Origin: Candidatus Latescibacterota bacterium | GTDB taxonomy: Bacteria > Latescibacterota > UBA2968 > GCA-2709665 | Direction: 5' to 3' | NCBI GenBank assembly: GCA_965219455.1 | Contig: OZ244744.1 | Span: 5,536,001-5,600,000, forward strand | DNA: 64,000 nucleotides | Part shown: piece after piece, positions 39,997-50,078 of the stretch | Layout of the letters: each line of letters opens with the position of its first letter | Numbering within the stretch: the stretch's first letter is position 1 | Made by a program: the position numbers and the translations under genes | Notes under the pieces: generated by a model | Databases searched by the model: none | What the model was told of the DNA's origin: nothing | The model's input: only the letters and a program-made list of their open reading frames with translations

Positions 39997-42231
39997 CTAC
40001 TGCTTTTCGATCGTCCGGGCAACACGGAATCCGAGGTCTTTATAGCGGCTATTGGACCCCAACCTCAGGCGCTCCGCCGAGCGAAGGCTTCCTGGTTCGA
40101 CGTGACAAGAACCGCCACGAAAGACGCGCATCTCGCAGTTACCAGATTCCCACGCAGAACCGTCCGCAGGGGCGCCCGTATAGCTGTCGTTCCAGCAGTC
40201 TTGAACCCACTCCCATACGTTTCCGTACACGTCATACAGACCCCACGCATTGGCCGAAAAGGAACCCGCAGGCGCCGTCTTTTCATCGTCCCATCGACTG
40301 CCGCAGCCATCGCAATTCGCGCGGTTGTGCCCAATCTCATTCCCCCAGTTATACCTCGTCGTCGTTCCCGCACGCGCCACGTACTCCCACTCCGATTCGC
40401 TCAGCAAGCGATACCTTTCTCCCGTCCTCTGTGACAACCACCGTACGTACGACTGCACGTGCCCCCAATTCACGTGCATCACCGGGCGATTACCGCGGCC
40501 CCAGCCTTCATCATCCGGTCGATATTCCGCGCAACCACCGGCATTCGCGCATGCGTCCCACTCGGCAAACGTGACTTCATTTACACCCACTGCGAACCGA
40601 TAACCGAACACCACGCGATGCCGTGGACTCTCGTCATCGTCACGTCCCGACTCCCCATCCGGAGACCCCATCAAGAACGAGCCCGACGGTACCACCACCA
40701 TCTCCGGACATTCTGCGCAGTCCCTGAATTTCCTGCCGACTCGCCGCCGTTCCTTGCGCAGCCTCTCCGCCTCCTCCGCTGCCAGCCGCGTCTTGTCCGC
40801 TTTGCGCGCCTCCGACAGCCGATCTAACAAGCTCGATAACACCGGCGCATCGGCCCACACACCCCGGATCTGGTATACGTATTCATCAGCCTTATCAAAC
40901 TCCTTCTTCTTTAGCGATTTGGCAAACTTCGTCACATAGCGGCCAATTACGCTGTCCAGACCGGCACTCGCTTCTCGGTGACCCGGCGCCAGGGCCAATA
41001 CCGCATGGTATTTCTCCCAGGCATTGTTGCCTGCCGGACTCGTCAGCCGGTCCCGCGCCAGGTCTTCGCCCGCGCCTGACAATAGCTCGAAGACCCTCGC
41101 TTCACGTTCACGATCGGGTTCGTAGATGTATTTGTAATAGCTATAGGCGCCAGCCATTACAAGACAAGACAGGCACACAATCCCGACAATCTTCCTATGC
41201 ATTCCCTTCCGGCGAGCTTCCCGCTGCTTGCCGCCACCCTCACCCTCCGCAGGTTTACAAACCTCGTCTCCGATCCGGTCGCTTTGCCGGTGCTCCACAC
41301 CATTCCCGGTCTCCTCCGGCTCAACCGGCGATTTCCTCTCGCTGTCCGGCGTCTTTCCGGAAAGCGCGGCGCGCCAGGCGGCCACGCTCTGCGGGCGGTC
41401 CCCCTCATCCACCTTCAACGCCCAATCTATCGCCGCCAGAAATCCTGCGCTTGCCTGGCCCACGCATCGCTCGGCCACCGGCGTCAATGGATCGTTCCGC
41501 ACCCTGTCCGACGCATCGTCCGGGACGCGACCGGTCAACGCGTGGTAGCACACGGCGCCCAGCGCGTAAACGTCCGTCCAGGGTCCCTGGTCGCCGCGAC
41601 TGGAATACTGCTCGATGGGCGCGTAGCCCGGCGTGATGATCGACGTGACCGAGCGGCTGCGCGACCCGATCGCCTGACGCGCCGCGCCGAAGTCCAGCAG
41701 CACCGGCAACGTGTCTTCGGCACGGATGATGATATTTCCCGGTTTGACGTCACGGTGCAGAAAGTCAGCCCCGTGCACCAGCTCCAGACCGTCCAGGATC
41801 GGATACAGGATCGCCCTGAGTTCACCCTCCTTTAAAGTGTGTTTGCGTGCCAGGTACGCCGAAAGGGTCTCCCCCTCGGCGTATTCCATCACGATATACG
41901 CCGTGCCGTGCGCCTCGAAAAACCGATACACTTTAACAATGTTGCGATGGTCGAATCTGGCAACGACGCGCGCCTCATCCAGGAATCGTTCCAGGCCCCA
42001 CGCGAAGTCACCCCGAAACTGGCTCGCTTTCGGGACCACGCTGTTATCGCCCGTGCGCGCGGCGATATCGTCCGGGAGATATTCCTTGACCGCAACCCCT
42101 TTGTCCAGGTTGTGGTCAAAACCCAGATACGTCATCCCGAAACCGCCGAAACCGAGAACCCGCACCAGTTCGTATTCCTGCAGCCGATACCCCTGGGGCA
42201 GGGCGTTCAAGGGGTGTTGCGATTCGTTCAT
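39997..42231 (-). CDS. Receptor Ser/Thr kinase - TM - short stalk - FGE-sulfatase protein, paralog 6
   Basis: Full motifs; shortest stalk; C-terminus diverged from the TR. Confidence 0.92.
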   Translation of the reverse strand: MNESQHPLNALPQGYRLQEYELVRVLGFGGFGMTYLGFDHNLDKGVAVKEYLPDDIAARTGDNSVVPKASQFRGDFAWGLERFLDEARVVARFDHRNIVKVYRFFEAHGTAYIVMEYAEGETLSAYLARKHTLKEGELRAILYPILDGLELVHGADFLHRDVKPGNIIIRAEDTLPVLLDFGAARQAIGSRSRSVTSIITPGYAPIEQYSSRGDQGPWTDVYALGAVCYHALTGRVPDDASDRVRNDPLTPVAERCVGQASAGFLAAIDWALKVDEGDRPQSVAAWRAALSGKTPDSERKSPVEPEETGNGVEHRQSDRIGDEVCKPAEGEGGGKQREARRKGMHRKIVGIVCLSCLVMAGAYSYYKYIYEPDREREARVFELLSGAGEDLARDRLTSPAGNNAWEKYHAVLALAPGHREASAGLDSVIGRYVTKFAKSLKKKEFDKADEYVYQIRGVWADAPVLSSLLDRLSEARKADKTRLAAEEAERLRKERRRVGRKFRDCAECPEMVVVPSGSFLMGSPDGESGRDDDESPRHRVVFGYRFAVGVNEVTFAEWDACANAGGCAEYRPDDEGWGRGNRPVMHVNWGHVQSYVRWLSQRTGERYRLLSESEWEYVARAGTTTRYNWGNEIGHNRANCDGCGSRWDDEKTAPAGSFSANAWGLYDVYGNVWEWVQDCWNDSYTGAPADGSAWESGNCEMRVFRGGSCHVEPGSLRSAERLRLGSNSRYKDLGFRVARTIEKQ

Positions 42232-42445
42232 GGTGATATCCTCAAAGCGTCTCCAACTCCCTGATCAGCCCTACGCTGGCAATGACATCCGCCAACCGAC
42301 CGCACCTACGGAAATGCTAGCAGCTGTCCGCAAATCCAGAGTTTTATCGGGATTCCCCCGGTTTTACCTCGGACATTACGTCCGCGTGCGGGCGTATTTA
42401 ATGCTTCAAGCTTTTTGCTAAGCGCTTACAGCTTGTTTGCCAGTT

Positions 42446-45178
42446 TCAAGGTTTGAGAGTCCGCGCAACTCGAAAGCCCCTTACCTGGCTCCGGCTTTCG
42501 GCGGTAACCCAAACGCGATCTGCCGACCGCAGAGAAATCGGTTTAGTGTCCCACGCGCCACCTCTCAACACACGCTTAGTGCAGTCGCCACGTTCCGATG
42601 GCGAACCGTCAGAAGGTGAGCGAAAATAACTGTCTTTCCAACAGTCCCGCACCCACTCCCATACGTTGCCGTGTATGTCGTGAAGACCCCACGCGTTGGC
42701 AGAGAACGACCCCACTGGCGCCGTCTTTTTTTTGTCCCACCGACTGCCACATCCATGGCAATTTGCACGACTGTGGCCGACCGTGTTCCCCCAACTATAT
42801 GCGGTAACAGAACCCGCTCTTGCAACATACTCCCATTCCGACTCACTCAACAAACGATATGACTCGCCCGTCACGTCCGTCAACCACGCAACATAGGACT
42901 GTGCGTCATCCCAACTCACGTTTATCACTGGTCGATTCCCCCGCCCCCAACCCATATCACCCGGAGCATATCCCATACACCGTCCGGATACGGCGCACAC
43001 ATCCCACTCACGAAACGTGACCTCACTAATACCCACTGCAAATCTGTAATCTATCCTCACGCGATGCCGAGGGCCCTCATCGTCATCGCGACCAGCCTCA
43101 CTTCGCGGTGAACCCATACTAAACGAACCCGATGGCACGACGATCATTTTGGGACAATAGCCGCAATCCTTAAAAGTCCTTCCAATTTCCCTGTTACGGG
43201 CTACCGACAAACGACCCTTCAAATCGGACACCACTGCCGCGTCAACGTTAACCGAACCCAACGAATCCACGTACCCGCTCGCAGCGTCGAGATCCTCTGC
43301 TCGCAACGCCGACTCAAACTTCCTACTATACAACTCGATTTGAGCCAGACGAAGCCGCTCCGCTTCCTCAACAGCTTGTCGTCTCGCTCGTTCGGCGGCC
43401 AAATCCTTGCGACTCGTTTCGGCCTCACGGGCACGCCTGAGTCTGTCATTAAATCGTGACAACTCCTGAATATTCGCGCCGACCACTCGTAGCGAATCCA
43501 TATACCAACTTGCTACATCGAAATCCTTCTCATCCAACGCCGACTCAAACTTCCTACTATACGACTCGATTTGAGCCAGACGACGAATCTCAGCTTCCTT
43601 GGCGGCTTGCTGTCTCGCTCGTTCGGCGTACTGCTCCTTTCGACTCGCTTGCGCTTTGCGGGCCGCTATTATCCGACTTTCCAAACCCGTCAACACCGGT
43701 GCATCTGACCAGACTTCGCGAATTCGGGATACAAACCCATCCGCCGTTTGGAAGTCCTTCCGGCGCAAAGCAGACTCGAACATTGTCGTATAACGCCCGA
43801 TGATATTATCAACACCGGCAATCGCTAGTTTGTGGCCGGGCTCTATCTTCAATACTTGCTGATACTTCTGCCACGCATTCGCGTCGGGAGGGCTCGTCAG
43901 ACGGTTACTCGCCAAGTCCTCTTCAGCGGCCGACAACAACACGGATATTTTGTCCAATCGTTGACGCGCCACTTCCGCCTCAGCCAGTTGTCTTGTTCTA
44001 TCAGCGTCATGTGTGCCGCGACGCTGTTCCGGGAGATGGATGTACTCATAATAATAGTATCCGCCTCCCATCAGAAGAGCACACACGCACGCGAGGGCAG
44101 CGAACACCCTACCCTTGCGCCGTCTCGGACGTCGTAGTCGGATATCCGTGTCCTGATGCACTGCGGAAGCATGGACTTTATGGCCGTCCTGTTGTTGCGA
44201 TGGAGGAACGGTAGGTGTTCCCGTCGACTGGACAGTCACGCTTGTTCGTTCCTCTCGAGGCTTTGCGACCAGCGGCGAAACCGCCATGTTGTCTCGCGTT
44301 TCTCCAGATAATGCAGTGCGCCATCCGGCCACGCTTTGTGGGCGGTCCGCCTCATCCACCTTCAACGCCCAATCTATCGCCGCAAGAAAGCCGGCGTCTG
44401 CTTGCCCCGCACATCGCTCAGCCACGGGAATCAGTGGGTCATTGCGCACCCGGTCTGTCGCATCTTCCGGTACCAGACCAGTCAACGCATGGTAACATAC
44501 CCCTCCCAATGCGTAAATGTCCGTCCAGGGGCCCTGGTCGCCACGACTCGAATACTGCTCGATAGGGGCATAACCCGGTGTGATGATTGAGGTCACCGAT
44601 CGACTTCGTGCGCCAATCTCCTGGCGCGCCGCTCCGAAGTCAAGCAAGACAGGTGAATTGTCCTCGTCACGGATGATTATGTTGGCCGGCTTGATGTCCC
44701 GGTGCAGAAATTCAGCCCCATGGACCACCTCCAGGCCATCCAGAATCGGATATAGAATCGATTGCAGTTCCGCTTCTCTCAGCCTCCATTTACGTTTGAA
44801 ATACGCCGATAGAGTCTCCCCCTCCGCGTATTCCATTACGATATACGCCGTGCCATGTGCCTCAAAGAAGCGATACACTTTAATTACGTGCCGATGGTCG
44901 AAGCGGGCTAATATGCGCGCTTCATCCAGGAAACGATCGAGACCCCACTCGAAATCACCGCGAAACTGGCTAGCTTTTGCGGCAACGCTGTTATCGCCCG
45001 TGCGCGCGGCGATATCGTCGGGGAGAAATTCCTTGACCGCGACCCCCTTGTCCAGGTTGTGGTCAAAACCCAGATACGTCATCCCGAATCCTCCGAAGCC
45101 CAGTACTCTCACCAATTCGTATTCCTGCAGGCGATGCCCCTGTGGCAGGGCGTTTAGGGGGTGTTGCTCATCGTTCAT
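42446..45178 (-). CDS. Receptor Ser/Thr kinase - TM - stalk - FGE-sulfatase protein, paralog 7 (most divergent)
   Basis: Start ATG 45178 (MNDEQHPLNALP) by homology; full motifs; C-terminus not TR-like at DNA level. Confidence 0.92.
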   Translation of the reverse strand: MNDEQHPLNALPQGHRLQEYELVRVLGFGGFGMTYLGFDHNLDKGVAVKEFLPDDIAARTGDNSVAAKASQFRGDFEWGLDRFLDEARILARFDHRHVIKVYRFFEAHGTAYIVMEYAEGETLSAYFKRKWRLREAELQSILYPILDGLEVVHGAEFLHRDIKPANIIIRDEDNSPVLLDFGAARQEIGARSRSVTSIITPGYAPIEQYSSRGDQGPWTDIYALGGVCYHALTGLVPEDATDRVRNDPLIPVAERCAGQADAGFLAAIDWALKVDEADRPQSVAGWRTALSGETRDNMAVSPLVAKPREERTSVTVQSTGTPTVPPSQQQDGHKVHASAVHQDTDIRLRRPRRRKGRVFAALACVCALLMGGGYYYYEYIHLPEQRRGTHDADRTRQLAEAEVARQRLDKISVLLSAAEEDLASNRLTSPPDANAWQKYQQVLKIEPGHKLAIAGVDNIIGRYTTMFESALRRKDFQTADGFVSRIREVWSDAPVLTGLESRIIAARKAQASRKEQYAERARQQAAKEAEIRRLAQIESYSRKFESALDEKDFDVASWYMDSLRVVGANIQELSRFNDRLRRAREAETSRKDLAAERARRQAVEEAERLRLAQIELYSRKFESALRAEDLDAASGYVDSLGSVNVDAAVVSDLKGRLSVARNREIGRTFKDCGYCPKMIVVPSGSFSMGSPRSEAGRDDDEGPRHRVRIDYRFAVGISEVTFREWDVCAVSGRCMGYAPGDMGWGRGNRPVINVSWDDAQSYVAWLTDVTGESYRLLSESEWEYVARAGSVTAYSWGNTVGHSRANCHGCGSRWDKKKTAPVGSFSANAWGLHDIHGNVWEWVRDCWKDSYFRSPSDGSPSERGDCTKRVLRGGAWDTKPISLRSADRVWVTAESRSQVRGFRVARTLKP

Positions 45179-45293
45179 AGCGCTTTCCTCAGAATTTATC
45201 CTACTGTGTTTCCAACTATACGCGGACCGATACGTGCCTACCGGTTCTACACAGGCAGGCGTCCACGCAGCCAGTCTATCGTTGTGACAGGGA

Positions 45294-46034
45294 TTATTCT
45301 CTCGATCTCTCTTCCACGTCCTGCCAGTCGAACGCGTCGCCGCAGAGGGGCACGAAACGGAGAACCGTCGAACCAATATGAATGTGGCTATGCGCGGGTA
45401 GTTCAGTTGGAACCAGTACGGGCTGATCCCCCAGGTAGGTCAGGTTCTTGCCCCCGCCGTGCTGCACGAAAAACTTCCTGCCGCGGGGATCGTAGGTCAC
45501 AACGGCGTGACCGCCGCGGGAAATCTGATTATCGCCGAAGTCCAGGCTGACGCGGGCGGTTCTCCCGCGCCCGATCGGATTGGAACCATTACCCAGCTGA
45601 AGGGCCTTTCCTTTTCCCGGCCCCTCGACGATCGCCAGCCACCCCACAACCGGGTCATTCATGCCGTCGGCTTCCACGGCGGGCTCCCGCCTGTCACCCG
45701 GCCTGGGGCCCGCGCCCACGTTGATAACGGTGCGTTCCTCCTCTTTTCCCGATCCGGGCGACGCGACGCGCTCCTTCTTACGTCGTCCAACGGGGAAGTC
45801 GGTTGCCGATTCCGTTTGTCCCATCGGTTTTGTGGGCTCATCCAGACGACCCGCACCGGCGACGTCACCTCCCCGCTCCGGTACAGGTTGCCGCCCCGGC
45901 TTTGTGGGTTCATCCGAACCTCCCCCGGTTTGACGGCCACCCTGAGGCGCCGGCGGCAACGGTTTCTCTTTGAAGTCTGTCGGCTTGCTTTTTTCTTCGA
46001 TGATATTGCCATCGGCATCACGGTAAACGGGCAT
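45294..46034 (-). CDS. FHA domain protein with disordered N-terminus (copy B)
   Basis: Paralog of 13834-14577; start ATG 46034. Confidence 0.85.
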   Translation of the reverse strand: MPVYRDADGNIIEEKSKPTDFKEKPLPPAPQGGRQTGGGSDEPTKPGRQPVPERGGDVAGAGRLDEPTKPMGQTESATDFPVGRRKKERVASPGSGKEEERTVINVGAGPRPGDRREPAVEADGMNDPVVGWLAIVEGPGKGKALQLGNGSNPIGRGRTARVSLDFGDNQISRGGHAVVTYDPRGRKFFVQHGGGKNLTYLGDQPVLVPTELPAHSHIHIGSTVLRFVPLCGDAFDWQDVEERSRE

Positions 46035-46526
46035 AACAAAGTCCTCCAAGAGCGGTGAGAGGTAAGAGGTGAGAAGTGAGATGGAGGTCCCGCATCTCTG
46101 GTCTCCCTTAGTCAGGGTCTCGTAATTCTCCTTCCGATACGCGGAGAGAGGCGGGAGTCTTGTGTTTTGTAGTAAGACCTTTAAGCAAAATACATTCGCC
46201 CAGACTCGTGCTGTTTCCTTCGGGTGAGGGGTTGGCATCCCCCCACCGCATCAGCCGTCGCCGGTCCCTTCGACACGCTCAGGGCAGCGCCTTCGACAAT
46301 CCTTCGACAGGCTCAGGACAGGGCTCAGGGAACCGGCTCGGCTTCTGCGACTCCCCCTCAAGGGGGGAGTGATGGCGAGTTCAGGACGCGATGCTCCGTG
46401 CGAAGAAAGAGCGATACAACGGAGTACGCGCGGGTCGTCTTGCCTCTCCCGTCCTGTGCCGTGGGTGAGAAGGTTTCGGCGAGGCGGCGGGGTGGTCCTC
46501 TCCCGTCTAACGTCTCCCCGATTCTG

Positions 46527-47300
46527 CTATTTTTCATACAGCCGGTTAATCAGATTATCCAGACAGTACTGCCCCGACCGGTTCAGTGCCATTTCCTCTT
46601 TCTGCTGCACGACATGCAGGGCAAACACGAGCAACGCCGATTGGACGAGGGCAAGAAGGGTCGTGTAGAACGCCACGCCCAGCCGCCCGGTGATCTCCGG
46701 CAGCAGATTCGGATCCTGTGGATTTTCATTGCTTCCGGCATAATCCAGCGCCAGGGCGATCCCCACAACCGTGCCGATAAAACCCAGCGTGGGGACCAGC
46801 CAGACGAGGTACCGCAGCATGTTGTATTTGAGTTCAAGCTCGTGTTGAAATAATTCAAGGGAAGAATTCATGAGGGAATTGGCCTGGTTGACGGACCCGC
46901 TGCCCTGAAACTGCAGGATGCAGCGCATGATCAGACGCTGCAGAAAGTACGTCGGCTCCCCTTCCGCCGGCCGCAACCGGTTATAGAGGGGGCCCAGGTC
47001 CTGTGATCGCAGCATGCTCGAATCGTCTTCCGGGAGATATCGCATCGTGAGTTGCGTCGTCTCCATGTTGGATTGGTTGAACCGCCGCCACAACTCCCCG
47101 CAACCGATGAAAAACATAATCCACATGGTATTCTGGATGGTAAACGGATAGGTATTCGCCTGGCGATCGAGCAGGAAATCGCCCGCCATAGAATCGCCGC
47201 TTGTGAAAAGGAAGCTCATTACCGCAATGAAAACAACGCCGATGACCACGCTCACGCCGAATGCGATCAGCCGTAGATTCGTCTCGGAATTCCGTTCCAT
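46527..47300 (-). CDS. MotA/TolQ/ExbB family protein (copy B)
   Basis: Paralog of 14920-15693; VPTLGFIGTVVGI. Confidence 0.88.
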   Translation of the reverse strand: MERNSETNLRLIAFGVSVVIGVVFIAVMSFLFTSGDSMAGDFLLDRQANTYPFTIQNTMWIMFFIGCGELWRRFNQSNMETTQLTMRYLPEDDSSMLRSQDLGPLYNRLRPAEGEPTYFLQRLIMRCILQFQGSGSVNQANSLMNSSLELFQHELELKYNMLRYLVWLVPTLGFIGTVVGIALALDYAGSNENPQDPNLLPEITGRLGVAFYTTLLALVQSALLVFALHVVQQKEEMALNRSGQYCLDNLINRLYEK

Positions 47301-47301
47301 A

Positions 47302-47688
47302 TCAGCCCTCGTCTGGAATGATTTCACCTGTGTCCGGATTGCGGCGAACGTTGCCCTCCGGAAGGGCGTCCGCCGGCTTTGGGCCTGCAGCCGGGCGCCC
47401 CGGGTCAGGATCGCCCCTCGATTCGAGTCCCTGCAGCAGTCCGAGCGCGCTTGTCTGGTGACGACCGAGGAGAATCGCATCCGCGGGGGAAACGAATTCC
47501 TGCCTGATGCGTATCCACTCGCCGTTCCGCGCCACGTAACTGCCGTTCCTGCTCGCACAATCGGTCAGATAGTACGACCCCTTCGCGGTCACGACCAACT
47601 CGGCGTGGACACGTGAGACCGTGGCGTCGTCTACTTGAATTTCCACGTCCGTACCGCGACCGATTCTATACGTCGAAAAGCCGGACAT
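47302..47688 (-). CDS. Small FHA domain protein (copy B)
   Basis: Paralog of 15695-16081. Confidence 0.9.
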   Translation of the reverse strand: MSGFSTYRIGRGTDVEIQVDDATVSRVHAELVVTAKGSYYLTDCASRNGSYVARNGEWIRIRQEFVSPADAILLGRHQTSALGLLQGLESRGDPDPGRPAAGPKPADALPEGNVRRNPDTGEIIPDEG

Positions 47689-47699
47689 TGCGGGATCCT

Positions 47700-48527
47700 C
47701 TACCGGTGTGTGACGCGCATATTGCCTTCGGCATCCACGGTGATCGTCGCAACCAGCACCTTGTCACCTACTCTTCTGAGCCGTATCTGCCGCAAAGGCG
47801 TCTGGCCGTCCGGCGTCAAAACACCACCCCGTACAAGCACACTTTCTTCGGTGGCGGAGTTGAAGTATTTGTAGTAGACCTGGTAGGTCCCTGCCTCTGC
47901 CAACGGATGCAGCCAGATTTCATTGCCTGGGCCCCTTGTATTGTCCTCTTCCAGGTTTGCCCGAGAACCGGAAAACGAACGGTTCCCGTAATAGAACTCC
48001 CGCCCAGCGGGATCGAGTACGTGCAGGTCGATATCGTCACCTGTATTCCAACTCATGATGATCAAGAGGAATTTCTTCCGCGCCTGCGCCTGACACGACG
48101 ACAGGTCCGCCTCGAGTTCCCGGTTACGGCTCTCGCAAGCCCCCAGGGCGTTACGCGGTACGGAGCCCTGCTGCTGCGCCTCACACGCCGCAAGCTGTCC
48201 TTCAAGCTGCCGGTTAAGTTCTTCGCAGGCGGCCAGGGCATCCGGGGATACCGACGCCTGCTGTTGTTCTTCACACGCTGCCAGGGCCGCCTGGACCTGC
48301 TGGTTGCGGCTTTCGCACGCGTTCAGTTCCCCTCTCGCTGCCTGTAACTCATTCTGGACGCTCTCAAGGCGCGCCATGACTTCCGCCACCCGCTCGGCTG
48401 CATCGCCGGTGTTCGGGAAGTACGGAAACAGGACGAAGGCAATGAGAATAAATGCTCCCATCGCCGAGGCGAACAGGTCAAGCGCCGACATACTGAAGAT
48501 ATTGAGTTCCCTGCTGCGGGATTTCAT
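47700..48527 (-). CDS. Single-TM MotB/ExbD-like, coiled coil, YfaP-like protein (copy B)
   Basis: Paralog of 16093-16857 with 21 extra coiled-coil residues. Confidence 0.7.
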   Translation of the reverse strand: MKSRSRELNIFSMSALDLFASAMGAFILIAFVLFPYFPNTGDAAERVAEVMARLESVQNELQAARGELNACESRNQQVQAALAACEEQQQASVSPDALAACEELNRQLEGQLAACEAQQQGSVPRNALGACESRNRELEADLSSCQAQARKKFLLIIMSWNTGDDIDLHVLDPAGREFYYGNRSFSGSRANLEEDNTRGPGNEIWLHPLAEAGTYQVYYKYFNSATEESVLVRGGVLTPDGQTPLRQIRLRRVGDKVLVATITVDAEGNMRVTHR

Positions 48528-48542
48528 GGCGCGGCACTCCTC

Positions 48543-50075
48543 TCAGGATTTGGAAACCATCAACTCCACGCCACCGGGCGCAACGGTGGCGCCATAATCC
48601 AGACGCTCCGGACGAAAGGGAGGCAGGCGACGGCGATTCAGAAACGTCCCGTTGCTCGAGTTCAGATCTTCGATACGAAATCCATTGTCAACAGCGCGGA
48701 TTCTCACGTGACGCCTGGATACATTGTCATCGTGGATGACTTCATCCACAAGATCCGGATGCCTGCCCAGCGAAAGTCCCAGCCGTTGTCCCTCTAATTT
48801 TTCGGGCGATAGCGCGATGCGAACGCGGTTGCCCCCGCCGTCGAACCCGGCCAGCACCAGACCGTGTCCCGTGCGCTGCCCTTCCGGTGTTCCTTCAACC
48901 GCCCCGTCGTGAGTTCTTCTCCTGATCGGCCGGCTCAACTGTTCCGCGACGTGGATGATCTGCTGCCGTGGTTTCTTCAGGCCAAGCAGCAGGGCCGCCA
49001 GGGTCAAGGCGCCAAGCAATGTCCCACCGATGAGAAACCGCCGGCTCGCCTCTTCCGCCTGGAGGCGCGTCGTTTCTATTTCCCGGCTTGCTTCTTCCGC
49101 CTGTCGCGCGGCCTCACCCGCCTGTTGTTTCGCTTCCTCCGCCTCCTGGCGCGTGCGTCCTGCTTCCCGGGTCGCTTCATCCGCGCGCCGCGTCGCTTCT
49201 TCGGCCTTACGCCGCGTCCTTGCTGTTTCCCGGGTTGCTTCTTCCGCCTTTCGCCGGGCCTCGCCCGCCTGTCGTTTCGCTTCTTCCGCCTCACGGCGGG
49301 CATTTTCCGCCTCCTCGGATCCTCCGGCTCCACCCGCCGGCAAACACGGACTGGTTTCCGGTGGTTGGAAAGAGATTCGGTGATCGCGCAGCAGCCTTGC
49401 CAATTCCTCAATGTGGGAAGACCAGTATATTCCCGCCGCGTGGGGCACACGGGTGACTCCCTCGGACCGGCTTTCGATCACAACCAGAGACGCCTGCGTA
49501 TTCACGCCGATGACCCTCCCGCAGTCATCCACGAGGGGACCGCCGCTGTTGCCGGGGTTCGTAGGCGCGTTGTGTTGAATGATCCTGAATCTCTGCGTGT
49601 GCCACGCCCCGGAGAATATCCTGCCGATAACGCCATCCTGCACAGTTGCATCATCGGCGAGACCCTCTCTGTCGGCGCCTCCCGGATAGCCGATTGCCCA
49701 TACTTTCTGTCCTGTCTTTAATTCCGCGAGCGAAAGCTGCATCGGTGGAAGATTGATCCCACGCGACTGAATGATTGCCAGATCGCGTTCAGAGGACACG
49801 GCAACCACCCTGGCGTCGTACAGGGTATTGGACTTTGCCGGTCGTACTCTGATCCGGCCGCCGCCGTCAATAACATGGACGTTTGTGGCGATGTAACCGC
49901 GTTCGTTGATCACAAATCCTGTACCGGTACTGGTCCCCCGACGCGTCTCGTTCAGAATCCGCACAACACTCTTCTTGAGTGCATCCAGGTCCGGACTGGC
50001 AACGGCATGATGCCCGTGAAAGAGCAACGCCAGAAGGAGATAGACAGGACTTATCGATCTGATCATGTTCTGCAT
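48543..50075 (-). CDS. Trypsin-like protease - coiled coil - TM - FHA, intact triad (copy B)
   Basis: TNVHV, DLAII, PGNSGGPL; C-terminal FHA. Confidence 0.9.
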   Translation of the reverse strand: MQNMIRSISPVYLLLALLFHGHHAVASPDLDALKKSVVRILNETRRGTSTGTGFVINERGYIATNVHVIDGGGRIRVRPAKSNTLYDARVVAVSSERDLAIIQSRGINLPPMQLSLAELKTGQKVWAIGYPGGADREGLADDATVQDGVIGRIFSGAWHTQRFRIIQHNAPTNPGNSGGPLVDDCGRVIGVNTQASLVVIESRSEGVTRVPHAAGIYWSSHIEELARLLRDHRISFQPPETSPCLPAGGAGGSEEAENARREAEEAKRQAGEARRKAEEATRETARTRRKAEEATRRADEATREAGRTRQEAEEAKQQAGEAARQAEEASREIETTRLQAEEASRRFLIGGTLLGALTLAALLLGLKKPRQQIIHVAEQLSRPIRRRTHDGAVEGTPEGQRTGHGLVLAGFDGGGNRVRIALSPEKLEGQRLGLSLGRHPDLVDEVIHDDNVSRRHVRIRAVDNGFRIEDLNSSNGTFLNRRRLPPFRPERLDYGATVAPGGVELMVSKS

Positions 50076-50078
50076 ATT